Assembly: GCF_009914755.1 (NCBI RefSeq)
Contig: NC_060942.1
Direction: 5' to 3' (one strand)
DNA from: the human T2T-CHM13v2.0 reference genome, Homo sapiens
Length of the DNA: 64,000 bases
The notes under the pieces are model-generated. The model was not told the origin of the DNA. It did not search any database and was given only the letters and a program-made list of their open reading frames with translations. Shown one piece after another: positions 1-12,370 of this stretch (within the stretch, counting starts at the first letter, position 1; every line of letters begins with the position of its first letter). Made by a program: the position numbers and the translations under genes.

Positions 1-321
1 TAGTTTAAATGAAGAGTTAAATTTCTTACTGGGTTTCTGTCACTTTTGGAAATAATCCTTCAATCATGTATATATAGGCTTACTAGAATATTTTTGCGTA
101 ATGCTTAAAACAGCTGTTAAAACTCAAATGAGTTTTGATACAATATTACTTTTATTTAAATTTTTATTCATTGTTTCCAGACAACCCAGCTCTTTCTTTA
201 ATTGATCTGCTGTTTCCATTACATTTCATTGCCATCATATCACTTATTATGACCACTACAGGCCTAGATTTACCAGCTGCCAAACTGAATATACTGAATT
301 CAGCTACAGCAAATCTTTGTT

Positions 322-352
<31 letters not shown>

Positions 353-356
353 ACAA
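322..356 (+). repeat. (CAAAA)n microsatellite
   Basis: Direct reading of the sequence. Confidence 0.9.
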
Positions 357-780
357 CACTACATAAAATCCAAGACTTGTTTCTCATAACAGTAACAAAA
401 TGCCAGTTAGAACTGTGGTTACAAAATATCTTCATTCACAGACCATTCTATTTCTGGTGAAATTTACTTTGGAGTCTCAAGAATTCCAGGGATATCAATT
501 GAGTATTTATTTCTTTATTCTCCCATTGTTGTGGTGATGTGCTAGAGCCAAGCAGTTTTAAACAAAAATTCCAAGCTTTTGTATTTAAATTTGTATTATT
601 GGTTGACATTTTCTAGGTTAGGGGCAAGTTAAAGAGCATTAAATGTTTCAGAATGATGTTTAGAAATTGGATTAAATAAGAAATTTCTCAACCTTCCCAA
701 TAGCAGCAATTCTAGACTTAGATTTATTTGATCTGGGACCCAATCAAAACACGTTGTGGTTTTGCTTCCCATTAAATTTA

Positions 781-890
781 ATTCAACAATTTATTGAGCT
801 TCTATGTACCAGAGTCTTTGCTAAACGCAAGGAAACTTAAAGATGAAAACCATACAATTCCTACCTTCCACAAGCTTACACACCTAGGGG
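781..890 (-). mobile_element. L2 3' end fragment
   Basis: ATTCAACAATTTATTGAGCTTCTATGTACCAG resembles the antisense L2 terminus. Confidence 0.5.
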
Positions 891-2510
891 AGAAATGAGG
901 CAAGAAAACACACAGATAATCACACCCTGAGGATGCTTCCCTTCCAGGTTCTCACTAATAACAAACAGCTCAAAAAAGCACAGCTAGTCCTCTGAATTGT
1001 AGGTCACCCAGTCTTCCTCCCAGAATTATGGGTACTCAGGTCAATTAAAGTCAATTAAATTTAACTTAATGAACATGAGTGACACAGACTAAACTAAATT
1101 GGGAATGCCATCTTTCTGGAGAATGGAACTAAATTTTTCTAGAAACTTTTCATTCTATTGTTTGTTTTGGATTTCATTTTTCTTATAGTAGGTTAGAGTA
1201 TACTTGCCCACTTGTGCCAAAAGTAGAGTGAAGCAGGGCTTGAATACCTCTGAACATTATAGAATTAGAGGTCTCATCTAGGCTCTGCCTTACTAAGCTT
1301 GTTGTTTTGGTATTGGGAAACTGAAGGGATCAACAGCTTTATGCGTTATTAAATATTTCCCCCATTGACCTCAGATAGATTCAGAAATGCCAATAAATAG
1401 AGCTTCACTATTGAAATAAGCATTATGTAGAATTCTAAGGTAAAATATATTCCTGAGAAAGAGTCTTCAATAACACATAGAAATGTAAGGAAGCTCGTGA
1501 CAAGTGGGTATTAATGAAGGATGAATACTGGAACTCATTTTTAGAATGAAGTGCTGGAAAGGAAGACTTGGTAGGCCAGAAGAAAACTCACACAAATTCA
1601 GAGAGTTATGTGTTCAAATATTATTTTATATACTTTTCCTTTTTAGTATCTGCAAAAAAAACTCTCGAAGACTATGCATCAAACTTTGAACAATAGGTAC
1701 CCCAATTATGGAAAAATTATAATAGTTATTAATAAATTTTAACATGCAAATCCACATAATCTTAAGAAAAATATTATATATCAATAGCTGCTTATTATAT
1801 TTTTTAAAATTCTTAATTGGTAAGAGCTAAGTGAAATTGGGAACGTTATATAAAGTAAGTAACAGTCAACATATTATTATTGGTGTTTAGAGCAGTGTTC
1901 ATGAACGCTGACTAGAAAACAATGTCCACTGTTGACTTACTGAAAGGCAGATCATTTTCTCTACCTGGAGATGTACTTGACCCCATAAGTCTTAAAAACT
2001 CTCTTCATTTGAAAAAAGAAATAGAAGCGAAGTTATTGTGTAATTCTAAGAATCTTCTGTTGCTGTAAAATTATGTGACTCTAATGTATAGAAAACATTA
2101 GAAATATCTAGGACAAAAGAAGCCCAGATGGCACATGGTCAAGACTATGTGATGATGAAACTATAATGAGGCAAAGAGGCCTTTTCTATTTTGTCATATG
2201 AGGTGTTGCATAGTTCTGCCTTTACTCGTTCTAGAATAATTATAAAATTTCTAAGCAAGAATTATCAGCATTTTCTAGTCTTAGAAAGTCTGTCCAACTC
2301 AAATACTTCTTTGGGTTTATATATATGTGTATATATTTATGAATATATATGTCTTTATGTTATATAGAGACATTTATATTCAGTGTGTCATATGTTATAT
2401 ATATTTATTATGGTATATATAATACAAAAATATTTAAATTTCATATACTCACATCCATTTCTTGTATTTCATTAAATATAACAAACAATGTTAAAACCCC
2501 ATATCTTATA

Positions 2511-3700
2511 CCCTATTCAATAAATGGTGCTGGGACAATTGAATTACCATATGCAGTATAATGAAACTGGACTTTACCTCTCACATATAAAAAAATTAAC
2601 TCAAGATGGATTAAAATCTTAAATAAAAAACTTCAAACTATAAAAAAATCTTAGAAAAAAACCTTAGGAAATACTCTTCTGGACATTGGCCTAGGCAAGT
2701 AATTTATGACTAAGAATTCAAAAGCAAATGCAACAAAAACAAAAATGGACAATTGAGACTTAATCAAAGAGCTTCCACACAGCAAAAGAAACTGTCAACA
2801 GGGTAAACAACAAGATACAGAAGGGAGAAAATCTTTGCAAGCTATGCATCCAACAAAGAACTAATATCCAGAATTATCAGGAACTTAAAAAACAAATAAC
2901 CCTGTTAAAAAATGGGCAAAGGACCTGAACAGACACTTCTCAAGAAAAGACATATGAGCAGCCAACAAATATACAAAAAAATGCCCAACATTGCTAATCA
3001 TCAGAAAAATGCAGAACAAAACCAGAATGTGATACCATCTCACATGGCAGAATGGCTATTACACAAAAATAAAAAAACCAGAAGATGCTGGTGAGGCCGA
3101 GGAGCAAAGGGAGTGAGTGACTATACACTGTTAGTGGGAATGTAAATTAGTTTAGCCACTATGGAAAGTAGTTTGCAAATTTCTCAAAGAACTAAAAATA
3201 GAACTACCATTTGACCCAGCAATCCCATTACTGGGCATATACCCAGAGGAAATTTTATGCAGCACTGTTCACAATAGCAAAGACATGGAATCAACCTAGG
3301 TGTCTATCAACAATGGATTGCATTAAAGAAATGTGGCATGTATACTCCATGGAATACTATGCAGCCATAATAATAAACAAAATCGAGTTCTTTGAAATAA
3401 CTTGGATGCAGCCGGAGGCGATTTTCCTAAGTGAATGGCCTATTCACTTAGGATAGAAACAGAAAATCAAATGCTTTCTATTTCTAACTTTCAAGTGGAA
3501 GCTAAACATTGTCTACACTCAGATATAAAGATGGAAACAATACACACTGGAGAATCTAAAAAGGGAGAGATAGAGGAGGAAGAGTTGAAAAATTATCTAT
3601 TGGGTACTATGTTCACCATTTGGATGACTGATTCAGTAGAAGCCCAAACCACAGCATCACATTAATAAATCTATAAGTGTACTCCCTGAATATAAAATAT
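2511..3700 (+). mobile_element. 5'-truncated L1 (L1PB-like), end of ORF2 plus 3' UTR, decayed
   Basis: CCCTATTCAATAAATGGTGCTGGG, ACCATTTGACCCAGCAATCCCATTACTGGG and a 3' end with GAAGCCCAAACC match L1. ORF 3211-3456 contains the ORF2 C-terminal remnant ALFTIAKTWNQPRC. Confidence 0.93.
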
Positions 3701-4307
3701 ATATATTGTCCAAATTGGTTTTCAATCTAAGTCTCTTAATATTATTTTCCTTTAGTATGCTGAATAAAACTCATATTCAGCATGGCCTTGTAGTAAAAAG
3801 AGAAAAGATAGAAAAGTTAAATATCATATTTTGCTCCAGTGTAAAGTAAAACATTCATTATAGATTTCGAATACATTTTCTTTTAATATATTCAAACATT
3901 TCAGATATTTTAATGTATTTGTGTACATTTTTAATATCCTTTTTCATTTTGGATAATTTTCACTGGATTATAATTTTCATGAGCAGACTTTGCTTTATTT
4001 ACAGACACAAGTACTGTGATTTGCACATACTATGTGACCAATGGATTTATTGAACTGTATAGTACATACATAGAATTCTAAACACTCACAAATTTATAAA
4101 TTTCCACACTCTGGGACAATGCATTTTCTCTTTGTAGCCCAAAAGTCACTAAGAGAATTGTTAAACTTCTAAGAAAATGTATGCCAGTGAACTTTGATTT
4201 CTTAGTGATCTAGAATTATTCAAAGTGCAGGAAAACAACAACAAAAGCAAAACCTCCATATGATGTGTGTGGTAGGCAGAAGAATGGTGCCTTCATGATG
4301 TTCACAT

Positions 4308-4802
4308 TGTGAGCCAAAGTAACCAATATAAAAAGCCATGTGATATGGTTTGGGTGTATGTCCTCACCCAAATCTCATCTTGAATTATAATCCCCATGTG
4401 TCAGGGGAGGGGCCTGGTGGGAGGTGATTGGATTAGGGAGGCAGTTTTCCCCATGCTGTTTTTGTGACAGTGAGTCACTCCACACCTAAAGGATAAATGA
4501 CCCTAGTACTTTTCTTTCTTTTCCTACGCATAAGTTAAAGTCTAACAGACTTAGCAATTATGCTTCTGTAATGTATAATCAGATGTACTCTCGCACCCAA
4601 ACTTTGATGTAATTTTGCCAACACTAAACATCCACCTCCTGTATGTAAGCCGTGGGCTGAAAGACCGTGCTGCAGCAGTCTGCTAGAACCTCTTTCGGGG
4701 GCTGCTCCAGGGGCACAGGCCTCAGTCTATAGTCCTCAGTAAGACTTCTGGATAAAACTAACTTTAATTCTTTAAAAGCTTGATCTTTTTCTTTTGTCAT
4801 CA
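4308..4802 (+). mobile_element. ERV1/MER4-group LTR, internally disrupted
   Basis: TG...CA ends flanked by the 4-bp direct repeat ACAT (4304-4307, 4803-4806). LTR-like U5 end TAAAACTAACTTTAATTCTTTAAAAGCTTG. Confidence 0.6.
4341..4475 (+). mobile_element. MSTA/THE1-type MaLR LTR, 5' part only
   Basis: TGATATGGTTTGG...CCCAAATCTCATCTTGAATTATAATCCCCATGTGTC. Confidence 0.85.
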
Positions 4803-5002
4803 ACATTCCAATTCCCATAATTTATGAATATATAATGTTACATGGCAAAGGTGAATTAAGGTTGTAGGTGGAATTAAGTTTGCTAATTGGCATGTGGAAA
4901 TTTTCCTGGATTATTAGGAAAGGCCTAATCTAATCAGGAGTCCTTAAAGTGAAAGAAGGGGCAAAAATGTAGATCAGAGAGACTGCAGTATAAGAAGAAG
5001 AG

Positions 5003-5388
5003 AGGTTGATCAATGAGTATGTCAAGCGCATTGATTATTTTTGAGTTTGCAAATGTTTTTCTCTGTGATTAGGCCACCTGTTTTTGCTAATTGGTGCTTA
5101 CTGAAGTCAGGCTCCTACTTTCTCACAGAGACTGGGAGATATGAGTGCTATTTTTCTTATTGTTTACATTTCAAAGAGATAATTCCCAGGTCTTTGAGGA
5201 AGACACTTCTACACTGTAAAACTAGCAAGAGGCTTTTGAAAAGATTTGTATTTCAAAACAACAGAGAAATAATTTATAATCTTTGTACAGTAAATGCTGT
5301 AAGAAAAGAGGGGTCAGGTCCTAGAGTCAGGAAGAAACCTACCTAAAATTCAGTCAAGCTGAAGAAAATATTAATGCTGGCTTGGTCA
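5003..5388 (-). mobile_element. MER67-like ERV1 LTR
   Basis: Reverse strand begins TGACCAAG...TTCTTCAGCTTGACTGAATTTTAGGTAGGTTTCTTCCTGACTCTAGG. The left boundary is approximate. Confidence 0.55.
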
Positions 5389-5458
5389 GTTGTCAGTAGA
5401 TTTTCCAAATTCTATGCATCAGATGTAGTTCACATGGTACTCACTGATTTATGACCAC

Positions 5459-6394
5459 TGTCAGGGTGCAGGGTGTCCTACCCCAAAATGTGGTGCTTTA
5501 GCATGCAGAGTACTTTGAATTAAAAGAAATCAGAATGTCATAGAAGCTGCTTCAGAACCAAAAACATTCTACCCATCTTTTGCTTCTCTCCCTTCCCCCA
5601 GCAGAAGGGAGGGACTGTATCTGCAATCTCCTTATCTGCTAAAAAATCTTTCCAAAAGAAATGCAGTTATCTTAAAAGTCTTGCTAGGAGTCTTGAAAAA
5701 TAAAGATTAACCACTAGAAAAAAGAAGAAACTAAAGAACCAGAAAGATATTTCACTTGTTCTTCTGAGGGCAGGTCTGAGAGATTACCTGGGAGACTATC
5801 TGCATAGTAAGACGACCTTTGTTCGTGGTGAAGTTCTGCCTCTCACTTTGCTGCCACCTCCCCTAGAGATCAGAGCAACTCTGTCCCAGGCCACTATTCC
5901 TTTTTTTTAAATTTCAATTTTTATATAAATTTTATATACAGGAGGTACATGTGCCGGTTTGTTACATAGGTATATTGTACACAGGTAGTGAGCATAGTAC
6001 CCAAAATATAGGTAGTTTTTTAACCCATGTCCACATCCCTCATCCCTCCAGTAGTCTGCAGTATCTTTTATTCCCATGTTTATGTCCATGGGTGCTTAAT
6101 GTCTAGCTCCCACTTGTAAGTGATAACATGTGGTATTTGATTTTCTGTTCCTTCATTAGTTCACTTAGGATTATGCAGGCCATTGTTCTTTGGTCTCATT
6201 CATGTCCCCTGAAAATCATTTGTGACTCCTAAAATTACCTACTTCCCCTTATTTACCTCCCACCCTGTGAAAAAAGTGTAAATATTTAAAGTTCAACCAT
6301 CTCGCCCTTCTTTAAGTCTCATATTTTCAAGATTCCTGTGTTCATATGCATGTGAATAAATTTGTATACCTTTTCTTCTATTATTCTGTCTATT
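5459..6394 (+). mobile_element. MER34/MER39-like ERV1 LTR interrupted by an L1
   Basis: Starts TGTCAGGGTGCAGGG..CTACCCCAAAATGTGG and ends AATAAATTTGTATACCTTTTCTTCTATTATTCTGTC. Confidence 0.65.
5900..6175 (-). mobile_element. L1 (L1PA/PB-type) 3' UTR fragment
   Basis: Poly-T then GTACATGTGCCGGTTTGTTACATAGG...GCTCCCACTTGTAAGTG. TSD CAGGCCAC/TTA/GTTC at 5887-5899 and 6176-6188 (11/13 match). Confidence 0.9.
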
Positions 6395-6465
6395 GGCCAG
6401 GTGCAATGGCTCATGCCTATAATCCCAGCACTTTGGGAGGCTGATGTAGGAGTATCACTTAAGCC
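6395..6465 (+). mobile_element. Alu (J/FLAM-like) 5' fragment
   Basis: GGCCAGGTGCAATGGCTCATGCCTATAATCCCAGCACTTTGGGAGG. Confidence 0.88.
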
Positions 6466-6499
6466 TTTTTCCCTGTCCCTTTACTCCAGTCTTAATAAA

Positions 6500-7110
6500 T
6501 AATCTACATAATCTGCTTAGAAAAGAGTAAAGCTGTTATTTCTTTGCTTCATAATTTCTACATTTCTCATCTTGTACAGAGAAAAGCCAAAGTGATTACA
6601 ATCATCTGCAAGGTCCCACCTTTCGTGCATCCTTTCCTTTCTCTGGCATCCTTGCTTCCCATCTGTTCCTTACTCACTGTGTTCTACTCCAGTGAACTTG
6701 CTTCAATACAAATAATTCTGATTTGCTTTCACCTCAGTATGTCTGCATTTGTTATTCCCAGACTGGCATGATTTTACCCAGATACCCATGTGCTCACTTC
6801 CATCGTTCATGAATGTCCCGAATAAGAGGTTGCTTATTAGAAATAACTTTTTGGACCCCTTTGTATAAAATGTATAACATACTCCTAAACTTTCTGTCCC
6901 CTTTTGCTGACTTTATTTTTCTATCACATAATCACCGTCTAACATACAATATATTTTATGTATTCATTTTGTTAATTTGTCTGGTTCTTCCCACTTGAAT
7001 TAAATTCCCAATTGAAATAATTTTTTATCAATTTTGTTCTCTGGTATTCATGACATTTGAAACAATGCCTTATAATTATAGGTTTTCATGAAATATTTGA
7101 TAAAGGAATG
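6500..7110 (+). mobile_element. L2 3' region, highly decayed
   Basis: L2-like stretch ending AAATATTTGATAAAGGAATG. Confidence 0.55.
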
Positions 7111-10100
7111 CATCCTTCAAGGACTTGAGGCTATGCTTATGAATGACTCTCTCAAAAACCAAACATTCAGGGCTTGTGAACTTTGCCCAATGTGGATGTT
7201 TTATTTTTTTTTGCTACAACATCAGTTGGGATAACTTACTAGTTTAACTTGAAAGGTGATTAATCTGGATACTAACATAAAATCATTGAATGTCTTGAGA
7301 AACATGCCTTACCAACTTGACTAACCTTTCACTAACATTGTTATGCCCATTGCCTGACACTTCTCATACTGCTCTAATTGTCTTTCACTAAGAGACTGTT
7401 AATGTCAGACACTGGAGCCTATCTATCTCCATGTCTTATTAAATTTCCCCAAATCCTTCTATATCAAAGTGATGGCAAATTCATCAACATACTCATAGAT
7501 AATGGAGCTTTGGAGTACAGTGATGACTTGAAGCAAGAGGAACACAGCAAAATGAAATATTTAATATGCATAATACAATACTTAGTGTAGTTAGGTGAAT
7601 ATGTCCACCATTGTTAGACATCCTTACCAGCAGGAAACCAGTAGATATAACACCTATTCAAGCTAACTAAAGCCAGTATTGCAGAAGCAGGTTTCAATTG
7701 CTCAAGAGACATCCCTTTTTCTTGTCCCATGGTACATTCAGGCCTTCATCCTCTGATGGCTTCTCCTGCTGTCTTCAACTCTGCTCCATTTTTGAATTAT
7801 TCTAGTGTGGACAGTAGTACAGATAGTGGAGTAATAATTCTCTACTCATTTACTATATTTCAACTCTTGTCTACTTTTCTCCCGTATCCCTTTTTCTGAT
7901 CACATTTGCACAGTCTGACCCAGGATAGAAACTCGTTTTTCGCCAGCACTGCTCCTATTTAATTTTTTTCATGTAAACCAGTATTTTTATAAAAGATGCA
8001 TAGTAGAAGTGGAGATTTAATTGTCTATCATGAGACAGGTATAGGAATGCTAAGTTGTTGATCAAGGCAAGATAAAGGAGGTCAATAGAAGGGGAAGTTG
8101 ATATACTCATATAAAAATAAACTGAAAAAACATATGAAAAAAGAAAACTCAAATTCTTAACTTTCTTCTTCTTAACAATATTAATATAGAAAACTTTGAA
8201 ATCAGGAATGACCAACTGCCTCCTTATAACCAAGGCAAACAAAATTAATGCAGCCTCTTGGAATTTTTAATTTCAAAAGTATAAGATTCTACATGACTCT
8301 AACAAAAATAGTTTTCAAGTATTATGAGTGAATTTTACTGTGAAGTTACAGCTCAATTAATTTAGTTTTACAACAATGTGAACTAAATAAAACATTTGCA
8401 CAAGAGTGAAATAAAATGAAAAAAAAATTCCTCCACTTAAGGGCATCAAAATGTTAGATCAAAGCCAGATCAAATTTTTAAGAAATCTTTAGAATAGTTG
8501 ATTCTAAAGCAGTAGTCTTCAATTGTGTAAAAGCTAGATGCCTCCTCTAATTAAATCCTATATTAAGTACTAGTATAAAGAATAATACGAAGGCAGGACT
8601 CTTCTAAGACAAGTGTTTCTTCCAGTAAACACATACTCATCTGAAACATTGATATGAAAACCTGAAATTCTATGGCTTGATAGAACAACGTTTGAAAGCC
8701 AGTGGTTTAACGTCATTCATTCTTTCTTTCTTACTTGATAAAAGAAACAATTTTCTCTTAAAGTAACCATCAGACTGAAAGAATGTAAAATGGTCTTTAG
8801 GAATATGTGGGCAGGGAGTTGTACAAAGTCTATAGCGTTTTGGTCTTAGCTTTGAGTATGGTGAGTCATATACCTGCTACCAGCAGGCCTTCTCAGATGT
8901 CAGGTATCAACTAAGAGGGATCAGTTTTTTGCACGAATTCCAAAGTAACTAATCTGATGCATGCCTGATCCTTTTGCATACATTTTGTAAATTGTACTTT
9001 TGAACTTTGTTCTTATTTTTGGTCTTTTTTCCCTTTTTTTCCCCCCATGCTTCTGTTCCCTTAAAATTCAGGCATTTTAAGTCAAAATGTTTATCAGTGA
9101 CCTGAAGCTAGATATGCCAGGAAAAACCAGGCACTCCAACAAGCTAACTCTATTACCATGGGCAGAAAATAGCATATGGGTGAAACATCCCCTGGGAGAA
9201 AGTATACAGCTGTCAAATTTCCTAGAAAAAGACCCATAGGGCTTTGTCTTGATCAAACCATTCCTAGACCTTGGCATAGGACTGAGAAAATAAAAAGGAT
9301 GTGGAAAGTCATACACACAATCATAAACCTTCCAAATGAAAATGTGAGATAATTAGAAAATGATGATAGTAGTCTGTGGCTAATGATAATTTTAATTTCC
9401 CTCATAACAGTATGCTGACAAATAAATGTATAGGAGGAGATTCTTAAAAAATGTCAACATGAGAAACAATTATTGCAACATATGAAAATAATCCATATGA
9501 ATTTTTAATTGAGCCATACTTAGTTTTGGAGAGAATAATTTGGCACATAGATTTAATTATAAATGGTTGATACAGACTCTTGAGGACAAAGAGACCATAA
9601 TTTACAACCTTATATTCAGAACACACCAACTAGATTTGATAATGGGTCCGTCAATTAATATGTGATGTCTCACACTGGGAAGTTCTTTACAAGCCTCATA
9701 GCATTCAGAAAACAAAACCAAAAAACCGATGGAAATTGCATTCATAATAAACTACAACAAGAAATCTTGCTCATGGTCCTTTCAGTCAGAACAGCCCACT
9801 TTTTTGATAATTACAAACAGACATCTCAGGGGAGTTGTATATATGGGAGAATAAAGATGACATGCTATGATCAGTGTTCCTTTAAAATTGAATAATTCTT
9901 TCCATCCTACACCTTGATATGTTAAATTATATACATGCAAACATTTACAGAAACGTGCACACTTATAAATTAATTTGACTTGACAGAAGTTAAATTTCAC
10001 TGATATGTCTATTAATATTTAATTGAGAGGTTAATAAATCAGCCAATCAGAATAAATTTGAGGTCATTCTAGAAACATGTTGGAAATATTTTCTTTCTTT

Positions 10101-10111
10101 GTATCGGTATT

Positions 10112-10236
10112 ATTTTTCATATGGATGGGGTTTCATTATGTTGCCAGGCTGGTCGTGAACTTCTGTGCTCAAGCAATCCTCCTGTTTCTACCTCCCAAAG
10201 TGCTAGACTTACAGGCATGAGCGACTGCACCTGGCC
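10112..10236 (-). mobile_element. Alu left monomer (FLAM-like)
   Basis: GGGGTTTCATTATGTTGCCAGGCTGG...CTCAAGCAATCCTCC...CCTGGCC. Confidence 0.9.
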
Positions 10237-11119
10237 TTGAAAATCTTTTCAAGAAATGTAGATACCCCAACAAAAATTTCTAGACATTGACATATGCTAA
10301 TGGGCGGTTCTCCAGGAGCATATGGAATCAGTTGGCTCAGTTCATAATCGTGTTCCTACAATAGTAAAATTTCCAGAAGAACTGGTACAGACATCTTTTT
10401 TATTTTTTAAATGACAACTTTCAAATGACATTAATTCAAATATAGTACAAACCGTGGGTTGTTACTCAAATACCTTATCTCTGTAACCTAATTTTAATAC
10501 TGATGTTCATTTAAAACATAAATTTGCTTTCTTCCTAATAGCTCATGGTGAGACAGGGGTGGAGGTTTGTATATATAATTTACATGGGCAAAGATTTATA
10601 GCATGCTGTTAAGTTTTTTATGAGAATCTTTGAAATTGTAAGAATTACCAACATTTTTTCATGTCAAATGTGACTGTCAAAATAACAACTTCAGAACTTA
10701 TCTCCTCCCGGATCCTCCTAGCCTAGATCCTAGATGCATGCTTGGTCATGTAACCAGTGCTGCAGGGATTTATGTGAGAGGAGCTCAATATCCCAGAAGG
10801 TACTAGCTAATTTTGACTGGTTTTACATTTTTAATATTTTTTCTTTTTTTGAACCACACTTTTATTCCATTTGTTTTTTGTAGCTATAAAGAATAAGTCT
10901 AAACCCCTTTCTCATAGTAGCTCTTCAGATATTTGGAAATGCTTTTGTATCTACCAAATTCTCTTGCTATTACTCTATGACATATAGCATCACCCTCTGC
11001 CTTTCTTTAGTATTTTAATGTTTTCTTTAATTCTGGGATATAGAATTAAAGATTCATGCTGTTGCAGGTATGGTAAAATCTATTCATAATATAGTTCAAA
11101 TAAGATTGTTTTTGGTACT

Positions 11120-11621
11120 TGTGATGGTTAACATTGAGTGTCAACTTGATTGGATTGAAGGATGCAAATTATTGTCTCTGGGTGTGTCTGTAAGGGTGTT
11201 GCCAAAGGAGATTATCATTTGAGTCAGTGGACTGGGAAAGGCAGACCCACTCCCAATCTGGGTGGGCACCATCTAATCAGCTGCCAGTGTGGCCAGAATA
11301 GAAGAACGCAGAATAACGTGGAAAGACTAGACTGGCTTAGTCTTCTGGCCTCCACCTTTCTCCTGTTCTGAAAGCTTCCTGCCCTCAAACATCGGATTCC
11401 AAGTTCTTCAGCTTTGGGACCTTCAACCACAGACTGAACGCTGCAGGGTCAGCTTCCCTACTTTTGAGGTTTTGGAACTCAGACTGGCTTCCTTGCTCCT
11501 CAGCTTGTAGTCGGCCTGTTGTGGGACCTCATCTTGTGACTCAATACTCCTTAAGAAACTCCACTTGATACATACATCTATCCTATTAGTTTTGTCCCTC
11601 TAGAGATCCCTGACTAATACA
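11120..11621 (+). mobile_element. MLT2A (HERV-L) solo LTR
   Basis: TGTGATGGTTAACATTGAGTGTCAACTTGATTGGATTGAAGG ... CCCTGACTAATACA. 5-bp TSD GTACT/GCACT. Confidence 0.93.
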
Positions 11622-11789
11622 GCACTTCTCTGGACATACAATGAATTCTAGTTTTCTTAAACCCTAGGTAAGTTTAAGGATTATTACTATGAAAATAACT
11701 TTTCCTATCTTGTGTTAGGACAGTTGATTTTTCCATTACATGTACTCTTCTCACCTATAATTTTATTGCTTTCTGCCCTTTGTACCATT

Positions 11790-12370
11790 CTCTTATTCAT
11801 TAACATGCATTTATTGATTGTCCTCACTGAATCAGTAAAATATAAGCCAGCACCACAGTGGTGAGCAAGAAAAACACAGTTCTTGCTCTTGTAGCAATAC
11901 ATTCCTGTGTAGGGTGAGTATGGAATTTAACAGTGGTATCATTTAACATAGTGCCTTATTAAATCCAAAGTTAATTCAAATTCTACTGACATAAAGGAAC
12001 GCAGAATGGTTGTGAGGACCTCTGATAGGGGAAGTTCAGGAAGTTCTTAAAGTTTCAGAAGTGATGCTTGGATATGTCATGAAGGATGGTTACACATTAC
12101 CTAGGTGTGGGTGGGAGAAAAAGGATTCCAGCAAAATAAATTCCAGGCAGTGGCCCTAAGGCCATTAGGTGCAGAGTGATTTTGAGTAATCAAAAAAAAA
12201 AAAAAATCTATTGTGACTTGTGCTCAGAAAGCTGATGAAAATGTCATGTGTCACGTCATGTTGAGCTTTGTGGCCATAGTTAAGGGGGCAAAGAAAAAGC
12301 AATTGTAAGAACTGTGGAAGCCAGTAAATGAATTGTAGCACGGGAGGGAAAAGATTAGATTTGTATGTTG
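11790..12370 (-). mobile_element. L2 3' region, decayed
   Basis: TTCATTAACATGCATTTATTGA start followed by a typical L2 antisense body. Confidence 0.55.

Larger units (their letters stand above)
4268..5000 (+). mobile_element. MLT1D/E-like MaLR LTR, split (4268-4307 and 4807-~5000) by an ERV1-type LTR
   Basis: Starts TGTGGTAGGCAGAAGAATGG and resumes with TTACATGGCAAAGGTGAATTAAGGTTGTAGGTGGAATTAAG. Confidence 0.7.

Noticed and set aside
7480-7580. Possible CR1/L3 reverse-transcriptase relic (similar hints near 10880-11075 and 31000-31500)
   Set aside because: The similarity is too weak to call without an HMM search.
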